Positions 7,761 to 16,089 of a stretch of 32,000 nt of DNA are shown piece by piece. The position numbers and the translations under genes are program-made. The DNA is from Candidatus Saganbacteria bacterium. GTDB lineage: Bacteria; Margulisbacteria; WOR-1; JAKLHX01. The stretch lies in the NCBI GenBank assembly GCA_026387835.1, contig JAPLKZ010000005.1:90001-122000 (forward strand), written 5' to 3'. The notes beneath the pieces were generated by a model. It worked only from the letters and a program-made list of their open reading frames with translations, was not told where the DNA came from and did not search any database. The first letter of the stretch is position 1, and every line of letters begins with the position of its first letter.

Positions 7761-8980
7761 CGCCAAAAAGGATGATTGCATGCGTTATGGCTGCAGGCGG
7801 TGGTACCCGCCTGAAGGAAATAACCTCATCTGCCAACAGGCGCCCTCTGTCAAAGGTTATCGTTCCGGTAGGAGACAGGAGGGCCATAGATTATACTCTC
7901 GGAGCTTTGCTAAAGACGGATGTGAGGGAAACATGGATAAGCGTGCATTTTGACCCGCCGAGCATAATGGATTACGTGGTCAAAAGGTATAACAGGCATC
8001 TAGACATAACCTGGCATAATGAGAAAAAGCTTCTGGGATCGTTCGGATGCATCAAGAAGATATGCGGTCTGAGCGGGCTTGAAAGGACAGGGGCGATCGT
8101 GGTCCTCTACTCAGATATAATACACAATTTTGACCTGCAGCTGCTTCTCAATTCGCATTTCAGCTCCGGTGCGGATGTAACGATGGTCATGAACCCCGTC
8201 TATGACATGGAGAAGATCGAAAAATTCGGGACAGGAATGCTTGAAGGCATGGAGCCCCACGCAAACTTTAGCAGTACCGAGGATTATTTCCGTTATATCA
8301 GGGGTTTTGTGAAAAATCACCAGGGTACATGCCTGCCAGTCACGGCGTTCAAAGAGAAGTTGCCTTGGCCGGATGCCCTGAGCATAGTAAATGATTCCTC
8401 GATATATGTGATGTCAGCGGGAGTTGTGCTGGATTATTCATCGGAAGAACCCATGCCGGATATCAACTATCATTTTATCCCTTGGATGCTGGGTCAGAGG
8501 GGAAAATACCTTCTCAATGCATATATCCTGCCCGAAAGATATTACTGGACGGATATAGGCGACCCGATGTCTTTGTTCAAAGCGAATATGGCCGCTTTTC
8601 ATTTTACGTGGCCGGAGATACCAACATGCGGCGGAGTATGGACAAAATTTGGCAGTAACCTTATGTCCAGCGGTTCCTCGATCGATCCTTCAGCCGATGT
8701 CCAAGGCAGCATAATCGCAGACAATGTTAATATCGACAAAAACGCGACCGTGTTTGGAACGGTCATACATGAGGGAAACAATATCGGCAGGCATGCGAAG
8801 ATCACTGACTGCGTATTGTTTCCCGGATATCAGAAGGGACAGGGAGTAAATCATATAGGAGACTCCTCTCATCTTGACAGATGCATGTTCCTCGGCGGCA
8901 TACTTAAGAAAGCGAGCGCTCATCAAGACGAAGTCATCTATGAAAATAATCTCGGTAATATTTGCACAAGTATAATTTAG
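7757..8980 (+). CDS. Sugar-phosphate nucleotidyltransferase with C-terminal left-handed beta-helix domain, about 407 aa
   Basis: ACVMAAGGGTRL (GxGTRL) nucleotide-binding loop close to the N-terminus. C-terminal hexapeptide-like repeats (IIADNVNIDKNATVFGTVIHEGNNIGRHAKITDCVLF). I chose the start at 7757 (ATGA overlap) over the ORF-track start at 7700. Confidence 0.75.
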   Translation: MTPKRMIACVMAAGGGTRLKEITSSANRRPLSKVIVPVGDRRAIDYTLGALLKTDVRETWISVHFDPPSIMDYVVKRYNRHLDITWHNEKKLLGSFGCIKKICGLSGLERTGAIVVLYSDIIHNFDLQLLLNSHFSSGADVTMVMNPVYDMEKIEKFGTGMLEGMEPHANFSSTEDYFRYIRGFVKNHQGTCLPVTAFKEKLPWPDALSIVNDSSIYVMSAGVVLDYSSEEPMPDINYHFIPWMLGQRGKYLLNAYILPERYYWTDIGDPMSLFKANMAAFHFTWPEIPTCGGVWTKFGSNLMSSGSSIDPSADVQGSIIADNVNIDKNATVFGTVIHEGNNIGRHAKITDCVLFPGYQKGQGVNHIGDSSHLDRCMFLGGILKKASAHQDEVIYENNLGNICTSII

Positions 8981-9019
8981 AACAACTGACAGTATAAAAA
9001 TCCATTATCTAAAAAAACC

Positions 9020-9048
9020 TTGTCAACCGCACAAAAGGGGTATAGAAT
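9020..9048 (+). promoter_or_regulatory. Sigma70-like promoter: TTGTCA (9020..9025), 17-nt spacer, TAGAAT (9043..9048)
   Basis: Read from the sequence. It is followed by a strong GGAGGTGA Shine-Dalgarno and the ATG at 9071. Confidence 0.4.
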
Positions 9049-9070
9049 TGTCTCGATCGGAGGTGAGATC

Positions 9071-9268
9071 ATGCTCAACATGCTTAATGAAAGAGTGAAA
9101 AAACTGACGGTATGGGATATAGGACTGACAAAGATCGCCATTTTTTTCTTCACGATCATCATCGTAAAGCTGCTGCCGGTGCTTTTACAAATCAGGTACT
9201 CTGTCCTGATAATATTAGTTGTGATCTGCGGCGCAAGGCCGCTTTACAGGTTCCTGTCGGATAAATAA
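9071..9268 (+). CDS. Small hypothetical membrane protein (about 65 aa, 2 predicted TM helices)
   Basis: An ATG preceded by GGAGGTGAGATC, with two hydrophobic stretches (IAIFFFTIIIVKLLPVLL, VLIILVVICGA). The ORF-track start at 9020 is a TTG inside the predicted promoter. Confidence 0.5.
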   Translation: MLNMLNERVKKLTVWDIGLTKIAIFFFTIIIVKLLPVLLQIRYSVLIILVVICGARPLYRFLSDK

Positions 9269-9296
9269 CCGTAGCAGGCCGCTATCGTCCGGAAAT

Positions 9297-10499
9297 CTAC
9301 CGAGTAACGGAGAACGAATCCACGGTGTTCCCGTCCTTATCGATTATAGTAGCTTCCAAAGTGTCTCCCGTTATCTCAAACCGCCCGAAATGGAAAACAA
9401 AAGCGTCCTTTTGAATAATTGTCGGATCAAAAGTGCCAGCCGGTCCCCGGTCAGAATTAAGAGGAGCGCCACCGCCGCCAAGTGTCACATATTGTATTCC
9501 ATCCTTTAAACTGCGGCAGTAAGAGTGGATATGTGCCTGAAGGACCAGTTTTATATTCTTGCTTACCAAAAGCGGGTGCAGGTTCGTTTGTATGGTCGTG
9601 TTGTCATAGGCGTTACCAAATGCCGCCTCGTGGTACATTACGATCTTCCATGGTTTTGTCGAGGTTGTCAGGTCATTGGAAAGCCAGCTGTACTGGTCAG
9701 AGCCGACAGAATAGGATGTATAGTTATCGACGACCGCGACATGCAGCGGGCCGTAATCAAAAGAATAATAATAGTCTGAATAATAAGGATACTGCAGGTA
9801 CTGGTCAATAAAAGCGTTCGGATGCGTCGTGTCCAAATTTCCGCTGATATCATAGAACTCATGATTGCCGACCGTGCCCATTATAGGCATGTCGGCGAAA
9901 AGTGAAGCGATATTGGCGTAGCTATTGTTAAAATAACCGCTCGCCCAGTCGGCTTCGACCCTTCCCCTGTAAACATAATCTCCGCCGTGCAGAACGATAG
10001 TATGTCTGTTGGCTTCATCTTTGTTCATATCAGCCAGAAGAGCGGAGCTCACGGCGTCAAAATTAGCCGCGGTCCCGGTCTTTGGCTGGGAATCGCCGAA
10101 CCCGTAAAATACAATGCTGGTGGCAGAAGATGCCGGTGCCGCATAGAACGAGCCGGTTGCGCTTTTATCATCAGCCGTAATTTTGTAGCAGACTTTTGTT
10201 CCCGGAGTGAGGCCCGTTATAATGTAGCGGAAATCGTGCATGTCACTTGCTGAATAACTTTCAACAGTCACATCTGCGCTGCTGCCGTAGCTTATCGAAG
10301 ATCCCCATTCTATCTTTGAAGTCGCCGGCGTTATGTCCGTTTGCCACAGGACCTTCATCGTTGTATTATCGTTCAGGTAGATCATGTACGGTCCCTTTAA
10401 AAGCTGGGAAGCCGGGATCACTGCCTGTTTTCCGCAGGAGGAGAGGAAGATGAGAGATGCCATCAGGAAGACTAGAATTGCCTGTCTTTTAAGTTTCAT
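9297..10499 (-). CDS. Lipoprotein purple-acid-phosphatase-like metallophosphoesterase, 400 aa
   Basis: Lipobox (LIFLSSCGK). N-terminal beta-sandwich-like region, then the motifs GFGDSQ, GGDYVY, GNHEF, YHEAAF and AHIHSY. Confidence 0.8.
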   Translation of the reverse strand: MKLKRQAILVFLMASLIFLSSCGKQAVIPASQLLKGPYMIYLNDNTTMKVLWQTDITPATSKIEWGSSISYGSSADVTVESYSASDMHDFRYIITGLTPGTKVCYKITADDKSATGSFYAAPASSATSIVFYGFGDSQPKTGTAANFDAVSSALLADMNKDEANRHTIVLHGGDYVYRGRVEADWASGYFNNSYANIASLFADMPIMGTVGNHEFYDISGNLDTTHPNAFIDQYLQYPYYSDYYYSFDYGPLHVAVVDNYTSYSVGSDQYSWLSNDLTTSTKPWKIVMYHEAAFGNAYDNTTIQTNLHPLLVSKNIKLVLQAHIHSYCRSLKDGIQYVTLGGGGAPLNSDRGPAGTFDPTIIQKDAFVFHFGRFEITGDTLEATIIDKDGNTVDSFSVTR

Positions 10500-10564
10500 T
10501 CTTGATCCTTTCTTTATATCCTTTCCGTGTTATTTAAAAAAATCATTAACTTGAAGTCCATATT

Positions 10565-11065
10565 TTAGAAATTCAGGCGGTTAAGGCCTTGATCCATGCC
10601 AAACTTAAAGAGCTGCTGAAAGACAGCGGAGTCGATCGTCCAGACAATTGCAAAAGAGCCGGTAAAAATGATCACTGACAGCCATCTGGTATAGATACCG
10701 TTAGTCCTGACAAAGAGGATGACGGCCAGTATTGCCATCAATGAGGGGAATATCACCTGAATATCTCCAAGCGGTACATTATAACCGGCAATATAGCGGC
10801 TGCTTGATCCGAGATATCTTGCCAGGTCAAATTTTAGATTAAAATAAACGCAGATCAATTCGGCGATGACCGCGCCTAACATTGCCCAGGATGCCCAGAT
10901 GGTTGATTTTCCTTCTGTCCGGTATGCCTCATAAATAATGGCCGGCAGCAGTGACATAATAATGATAATGGTATTATCTTTGATTAACCCGATAATAACT
11001 CCCAGCCCGGCAATTATCGAACAAATCGTGCAGATAACGGGCGCATATTTTACCGGCTTGGCCAT
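10565..11065 (-). CDS. Hypothetical integral membrane protein (about 5 TM helices), 166 aa
   Basis: Hydrophobic throughout, with no recognisable family motif. Confidence 0.6.
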   Translation of the reverse strand: MAKPVKYAPVICTICSIIAGLGVIIGLIKDNTIIIIMSLLPAIIYEAYRTEGKSTIWASWAMLGAVIAELICVYFNLKFDLARYLGSSSRYIAGYNVPLGDIQVIFPSLMAILAVILFVRTNGIYTRWLSVIIFTGSFAIVWTIDSAVFQQLFKFGMDQGLNRLNF

Positions 11066-11144
11066 AACAAGCGGATTATAACATAAACGAAATCGACTAT
11101 AAAGACAACGAAGATGTTAAATTACTTGTCTGATACCGGCCCTA

Positions 11145-12359
11145 TTAAGGTTTTTTGCCTAGTATCGCAAGGACGTTCATCGCTTTTTCAGCGGTCGCTT
11201 CCGGGAACTCGTCGACAACATATGCACTTGCCAGCTCCCTCATTGCCAGACCGCCGCGCGGAATGACATCTATCACAAGCCTTCTTTTCGGGTCTGTGAC
11301 AGGACTCGGATGCGACAGGCAGTTGAAGGTCCTGACCTCGAAAGCGTTCAGGATCCTTATGGCGTCAAAGAAAGCTATACCCATTCCCCTGACCACATCG
11401 TCAGACGGCTTGGCACCGTGAAAATTGGATACTGGCGCGATTATCCTCATGTGGTGCTTGGACATCTGCGCCCAGGGCGCCACGAGATGGACATCACCTT
11501 CGTAGGACTTTATCGTAAGCCTTTTCTCGGCGAGAAGAGCTGTGTAATCCGCGTAAAAATCCCCGTCATATCCTTTAAGATAAGCTTCGATCGCGTTAAC
11601 GTTAGGTTCAAAAGCCCCGATCGGATCGGACATCATCTGGCTGTGAAAATGCTGCAGGGTGGCGAACGCGGAGGTCGTCTGCTCCCCGTTCTTTACCCTT
11701 CCGGTCCCGTAATTGATGCCCCAGAGCACGTTCTGGGTATTGGAAGCAAGGTCTAAACTAATCTGCCTTGCCCTTAAGAAAGCGAGCCTGATAAAATCAA
11801 TGGCGATCGCAGGCTCGTTCGTCATTTCGGAAAGGTTGTGGATGGGATCGGTGGATATGTGGACCTCATGTGACGGAGCGAATGGGAACGGGTTCGATGC
11901 CCAGCCCACCTTAAAACCGTCCGGTATCTCGCGCGGCTCTCCCCATTTTTTGAAATCACAGAAATGGCATCCTTTCGCGCGGAGCTCCTTTTGCAAAGGA
12001 GCGTTCGGATTTGCCGCCGCCGCGGCTGTTATCAGCGGCTCGGTCTCGCTTGTAAGTATCATGTGAAGCACTATCGGGCTTGTCGTCAGTTTTGCGACGG
12101 TAAGCCTTTGTTCAAATCCGGTCGCGCCGGGGTTACTGCGGATTATAGCAAGTGACTGATCAAAACCAAGCTGCCCGACCCTTTGAGAGGGTGCCGGCCT
12201 TCCGACCCTTTCCCTGTTTATTATTGAGGTGAACCTTCCTCCCAGTTCATCCTTCCTGTATTCAAATGCCGGATGCCTGAAATCCCTTTCGGCGGGAAGT
12301 TTGACAGCCCTAACCTGGGCTCCAGAATAAGTTTGACCGACAAATTTTAGTGATGTCAT
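11145..12359 (-). CDS. GalT-like nucleotidyltransferase/phosphorylase (HIT superfamily branch with HxHxQ), 404 aa
   Basis: GalT-like N-terminal pattern (YRKDELGGRFTSIINRERVGRP), CHFC Zn-type motif, NPFPF, active-site-like SAFATLQHFHSQMM (HxHxQ) and HLVAPWAQ. A strong AAGGAGA Shine-Dalgarno precedes the ATG. Confidence 0.55.
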   Translation of the reverse strand: MTSLKFVGQTYSGAQVRAVKLPAERDFRHPAFEYRKDELGGRFTSIINRERVGRPAPSQRVGQLGFDQSLAIIRSNPGATGFEQRLTVAKLTTSPIVLHMILTSETEPLITAAAAANPNAPLQKELRAKGCHFCDFKKWGEPREIPDGFKVGWASNPFPFAPSHEVHISTDPIHNLSEMTNEPAIAIDFIRLAFLRARQISLDLASNTQNVLWGINYGTGRVKNGEQTTSAFATLQHFHSQMMSDPIGAFEPNVNAIEAYLKGYDGDFYADYTALLAEKRLTIKSYEGDVHLVAPWAQMSKHHMRIIAPVSNFHGAKPSDDVVRGMGIAFFDAIRILNAFEVRTFNCLSHPSPVTDPKRRLVIDVIPRGGLAMRELASAYVVDEFPEATAEKAMNVLAILGKKP

Positions 12360-12441
12360 TTGTATTTCTCCTTGAACCTTTATCGGATGGTATTTTTGAA
12401 AATTTCACTAAATTTACCGCAAACTTAATATTTCGTGAAAC

Positions 12442-12696
12442 ATGCGAACAGATCCGGCCGAACTGCAAAAGTGCGACTCAGGCACCGGCTGGCTGCAATA
12501 TGACAATACTGTATTGAAGGGGATCGATCTGGGCCTGACCGGTTTCACTTCCCAGGGCCTGTTCTTTAACGATCCCAGTCACGGAGGGGGATGCCTGTTG
12601 ACAGCCACTCCTTGTCAATGGGAGGCGAAAATTATTACAGCTGCCGGTTCAAAGTCGATTATGATTTTTGACGGTTTATTTGTAAATAGCCGATAA
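12442..12696 (+). CDS. Hypothetical 84-aa ORF; uncertain whether it is expressed
   Basis: It is the only long ORF in a gap of about 316 nt. Its codon choice looks gene-like, but it has no Shine-Dalgarno or family motif, and its 3' end overlaps the convergent 12676..12936 ORF by 21 nt. Confidence 0.25.
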   Translation: MRTDPAELQKCDSGTGWLQYDNTVLKGIDLGLTGFTSQGLFFNDPSHGGGCLLTATPCQWEAKIITAAGSKSIMIFDGLFVNSR

Positions 12697-12936
12697 GAAC
12701 AGCGCGATGATCACCGACAAAAAACCCAGCATGCGGATGATATCAAAGACGGGGCCTGTCACTTTTTCCCGGCCGAAAATGCCGATAAGATGCGATACCG
12801 CGAAAAATGCGAACCCGATGGCTATATAGACCCCGATAATGTCCCTGTTCACCACATACGCCCAGGAGCCGAGTATTACTATCACGACACAGAAGATAAG
12901 ATTGATCAGAACTGTCTTTATATTATTGCCTTCCAT
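12676..12936 (-). CDS. Small hypothetical membrane protein (86 aa, about 3 TM helices)
   Basis: Three clear hydrophobic helices. No Shine-Dalgarno and no family motif. Confidence 0.5.
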   Translation of the reverse strand: MEGNNIKTVLINLIFCVVIVILGSWAYVVNRDIIGVYIAIGFAFFAVSHLIGIFGREKVTGPVFDIIRMLGFLSVIIALFLSAIYK

Positions 12937-12979
12937 TTTTAATTATATTAGCAGAAATCATATTTGATGACAAATATTA

Positions 12980-13858
12980 CTAGGACTCCCTGTCCTCCGG
13001 TTCCTCGTGGATATGGACGCTGCAGCGGTCGATCTTGTGCTTTATCGTGCGCTCAAGCTTTTCGGATATATTGTGGGCCTGCTCGATGCTCATCTTCGGG
13101 TTCACATGAATATTTATCTCAACAAAAGTGTCCGGTCCGGCATTCCTTATCTTTATATCATGGTACGAATGGATCCCGTGCATTTTTTTGAGGATCTTCT
13201 CGACAGTCTCGATCGCGTCTTCAGGCGCCTTGTCGACCAGGACATCGATAGCTCTTCTGCCGATCCTGAAAGCGACCATCACTACCACCCCCGCCACAAA
13301 AAGCGCCGCGATTGAATCAGCGGCGAAAATACCGAGCTTTACGCAGACAAGCCCGAAAAGCACCACAAGGGAGCTCCATATATCCGTCGAGAAATGCAGG
13401 GCATCGGCTTCAAGCGCCTGGCTGTTGTATTTTTTTGCGGTGCGGGATAGTGCTTTAGATCTTGAATAATCTATCAGTATCGATGTTAGTATAACGGCAA
13501 AACTCCAGACAGTGACCTCGATATGGAACCTGCCTGTCAAAAGCCTGTGTGACGCCTCGTAAATTATCCAGCCGCAGGTGATAAGAAGCAGGACCGTCTC
13601 TATGAACGCGGACAGGTTCTCTATCTTGCCGTGGCCGTACTGATGGTCATGGTCAGCGGGCTTGTCCGATATCCGCACCGAGAAATAGGTGACGACGGCC
13701 GCGACAAGGTCAAGCCCGGAATGCAGGGCTTCGGAAATTATCCCGAGGCTTCCTGTCAGGAGACCAATGACAAGTTTTGAACTTGTCAAAAATACCGCGG
13801 CAAAAACAGAGAGCAGCGCGACGCTCTGTTTTTCTTTTGTATGTACGCCCGTGTTCAT
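12980..13858 (-). CDS. Cation diffusion facilitator (CDF) family divalent-metal efflux transporter, 292 aa
   Basis: Six TM helices with the conserved EALHSGLD (TM2) and HFSTD (TM5) metal-site motifs, plus a C-terminal cytoplasmic domain. Confidence 0.9.
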   Translation of the reverse strand: MNTGVHTKEKQSVALLSVFAAVFLTSSKLVIGLLTGSLGIISEALHSGLDLVAAVVTYFSVRISDKPADHDHQYGHGKIENLSAFIETVLLLITCGWIIYEASHRLLTGRFHIEVTVWSFAVILTSILIDYSRSKALSRTAKKYNSQALEADALHFSTDIWSSLVVLFGLVCVKLGIFAADSIAALFVAGVVVMVAFRIGRRAIDVLVDKAPEDAIETVEKILKKMHGIHSYHDIKIRNAGPDTFVEINIHVNPKMSIEQAHNISEKLERTIKHKIDRCSVHIHEEPEDRES

Positions 13859-13919
13859 ATATAAAATAGATTATATCATTTGTTTTGTCCCTGCAAAGCG
13901 TTCTCGCGGTACAAAAACG

Positions 13920-13948
13920 TTGCATAAAGGCAGTTTTAGTTATATAAT
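13920..13948 (+). promoter_or_regulatory. Sigma70-like promoter: TTGCAT (13920..13925), 17-nt spacer, TATAAT (13943..13948)
   Basis: Read from the sequence, about 75 nt upstream of the tspO start. Confidence 0.45.
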
Positions 13949-14022
13949 TTTCATTATTATTTCGAGATAAAACTTACGAGGAGAATAATAATAATTCGGA
14001 GGATTCTAAAAGAGAAAATATT

Positions 14023-14499
14023 ATGAAGTTAACGGATATTTTCAGGCTGATATTGTCGATTGCCGTATGTTTCCTGGCCGGAGCTATCGGATCGGTCTTT
14101 ACCTATCCGAATATGCCGACCTGGTACGCGAACCTGAACAAGCCGTTCTTTAACCCGCCAAACTGGATATTCGGGCCGGTATGGACCATTTTGTACATCA
14201 TGATGGGCATAGCGCTTTTCCTCGTATGGCAGAAGAGCATTGAAGACAAAGCGGCAAGGCCGCTTTTGCCGCTGTTCTTACTCCAGCTGGCGCTCAACAG
14301 TTTGTGGTCGATAATTTTCTTCGGGGAGCACCTTCTCTTATGGGCAAGCATCGAGATAATCATTTTATGGTGCGTGATACTTCTGTTCATCATCAGGTCC
14401 TACAGAATCTCCAAGCCCGCTTCATGGCTGATGGTCCCATATATATGCTGGGTGAGCTTTGCGGCCATCCTGACGATATCGCTAAAGCTGCTGAATTAG
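14023..14499 (+). CDS. tspO: TspO/MBR family tryptophan-rich sensory protein, 158 aa
   Basis: WYANLNKPFFNPPNWIFGPVWTILYIMMGIA and WSIIFFG motifs. Five TM helices. Confidence 0.9.
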   Translation: MKLTDIFRLILSIAVCFLAGAIGSVFTYPNMPTWYANLNKPFFNPPNWIFGPVWTILYIMMGIALFLVWQKSIEDKAARPLLPLFLLQLALNSLWSIIFFGEHLLLWASIEIIILWCVILLFIIRSYRISKPASWLMVPYICWVSFAAILTISLKLLN

Positions 14500-14514
14500 A
14501 ATAGACGGTACTAA

Positions 14515-15297
14515 TTGAAGAACGCCATATATTATTTCACGGGTACCGGTAACTCCCTCGTTGTCGCGCGGGATATCGCCGAAAAACTGGGTGATACGCA
14601 GGTAATATCTATCCCTCACGCTCTAAAGACTGGCGATTTTCCCGAAGCGGAAAGGGTAGGGGTCGTCTTTCCGGTCTACATCTGGGGAATGCCTCTGATC
14701 GCCGCGAAGTTCCTGAAAAGGCTGCCGCTCAGGAAAGACGTTTATTTATTCGCTGTCGCGACATGCGGAGGATTTCCTGCCGCGACACTACTACAGGCTG
14801 AAAAGATAATTAAAGAAAAGGGATTTAAGCTTTCGTCCGGGTTCGGCATGCTTATGCCCGGCAATTACATTCCGATGTACGGCGCTAAACCTCCTCAGAA
14901 GCAGGCAAAACAGTTCAAGAAAGAAAAAGAAAAAGTCAAAAAGATAGCGGATATAGTTTCAGCTAAAAAAACGGCAAAGATCGAAAAGAATAATTTTATC
15001 GTCAATGCTTTATTCTCGGGACTTTTATATAAAGGCGCCGCAAAACAGATACACAAGATGGACAAGAACTTTTTTGCGGATGAAAAATGCAACAGCTGCG
15101 GGATATGCGAAAAGATATGCCCCGTAAATAACATCAAAATGATCAGCGGAAAACCTGTCTGGCAGGGCGGCTGCGAGCAGTGCCTGGCATGCCTGCAGTG
15201 GTGCCCTGAAGAAGCCATACAATTCGGAAAGTCTACATCAAAGAGGAAAAGATACCATCATCCCGATGTGGAACTGTCTGACATTATCAACAGGTAG
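14515..15297 (+). CDS. EFR1-family flavodoxin-like / 2x[4Fe-4S] ferredoxin fusion protein, 260 aa (TTG start)
   Basis: N-terminal YYFTGTGNS flavodoxin-type motif. C-terminal CNSCGICEKICP and CEQCLACLQWCP cluster motifs. Confidence 0.8.
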   Translation: MKNAIYYFTGTGNSLVVARDIAEKLGDTQVISIPHALKTGDFPEAERVGVVFPVYIWGMPLIAAKFLKRLPLRKDVYLFAVATCGGFPAATLLQAEKIIKEKGFKLSSGFGMLMPGNYIPMYGAKPPQKQAKQFKKEKEKVKKIADIVSAKKTAKIEKNNFIVNALFSGLLYKGAAKQIHKMDKNFFADEKCNSCGICEKICPVNNIKMISGKPVWQGGCEQCLACLQWCPEEAIQFGKSTSKRKRYHHPDVELSDIINR

Positions 15298-15334
15298 AGC
15301 ACCTGTATTCACCGGCAATATCTTTTTCTGCACG

Positions 15335-15350
15335 CCGGATAACAATCCGG
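15335..15350. terminator. Short hairpin CCGGA-TAACAA-TCCGG between convergent genes (weak bidirectional terminator candidate)
   Basis: Perfect 5-bp inverted repeat abutting the ykgJ-like stop codon. There is no strong U-tract on either strand. Confidence 0.25.
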
Positions 15351-15767
15351 TCATCTTCTCAGGCAGAAAGTATAACCGCATCCCGGGAGCAGTTTCGGTT
15401 CCTCAAAATAATCTACAAGCGGAAAGTTCCTGCAGATATTGGGCCGCCAGAAATAATTGCCGCATCTTCCGTCGGAAAGCTGATTCTTACACCTGAAGAC
15501 AAGGTCACCGACCTCATCATCGGTCCTGATGTACTCAAAATCGAAGATCCAGGATATCCACCTTACTGCGATCTCCCTGAAAAAAAAGCTTGAGTACTGC
15601 TGGCGCGTCATCTTTAAATAGATCTCCCTGCAGCATTGTCCGCATTTTTTGCATGATCCTTGAAGTTTGTATCTTGAGCCAAAAAGCCTTTTTAGTGAGG
15701 TCGTTATAAGATTGTCCAGAATAATAAAGCACATTATGAACCTTTTCAATAATCGCATACTATACAT
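15351..15767 (-). CDS. YkgJ-family cysteine-cluster protein (CxxCxxCC, putative Fe-S/Zn binding), up to 138 aa; start uncertain
   Basis: CKKCGQCC signature plus downstream C-rich motifs (RCKNQLSDGRCGNY, CRNFP). Confidence 0.7.
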   Translation of the reverse strand: MYSMRLLKRFIMCFIILDNLITTSLKRLFGSRYKLQGSCKKCGQCCREIYLKMTRQQYSSFFFREIAVRWISWIFDFEYIRTDDEVGDLVFRCKNQLSDGRCGNYFWRPNICRNFPLVDYFEEPKLLPGCGYTFCLRR

Positions 15768-15807
15768 TATATATTAATTGCGCCTATAATTAATTTGGGA
15801 GGGAAAA

Positions 15808-16089
15808 ATGAAAATAAACCATGTAACGGGAAAGAAAAAAGCGAAAGTGATGCTTTACGCGCTCAGCACCTGCATCTGGTGCAGAAAGACAAAGCAGCTG
15901 CTGAACGACCTGGGTATCGAGTATGATTATGCCGATGTGGACCTTCATGAGGGCAGCGACAAGACCGAGTTGACAAAACAGATCATAAAATGGAACCCTG
16001 ATCTGTCGTTCCCAACGATGGTCATAGATGATTCTTTCTGTATCAAGGGTTTTGATCCGGATGCTGTAAAGGAGAAACTCGGTTCATGA
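15808..16089 (+). CDS. Glutaredoxin/thioredoxin-like small redox protein, 93 aa
   Basis: CIWC (CxxC) active site after a beta-strand (VMLYALSTCIWCRKTK). FP cis-Pro-like motif (LSFPTMVI). GGGAGGG Shine-Dalgarno. The stop overlaps the next start (ATGA at 16086). Confidence 0.75.
   Translation: MKINHVTGKKKAKVMLYALSTCIWCRKTKQLLNDLGIEYDYADVDLHEGSDKTELTKQIIKWNPDLSFPTMVIDDSFCIKGFDPDAVKEKLGS

Noticed and set aside
5962-8980. Idea that the HMGL-like enzyme, methyltransferase and nucleotidyltransferase form a phosphonate (fosfomycin/FR-900098-like) pathway
   Set aside because: No PEP mutase or phosphonopyruvate decarboxylase motif is present anywhere in the window. The resemblance rests only on enzyme classes.
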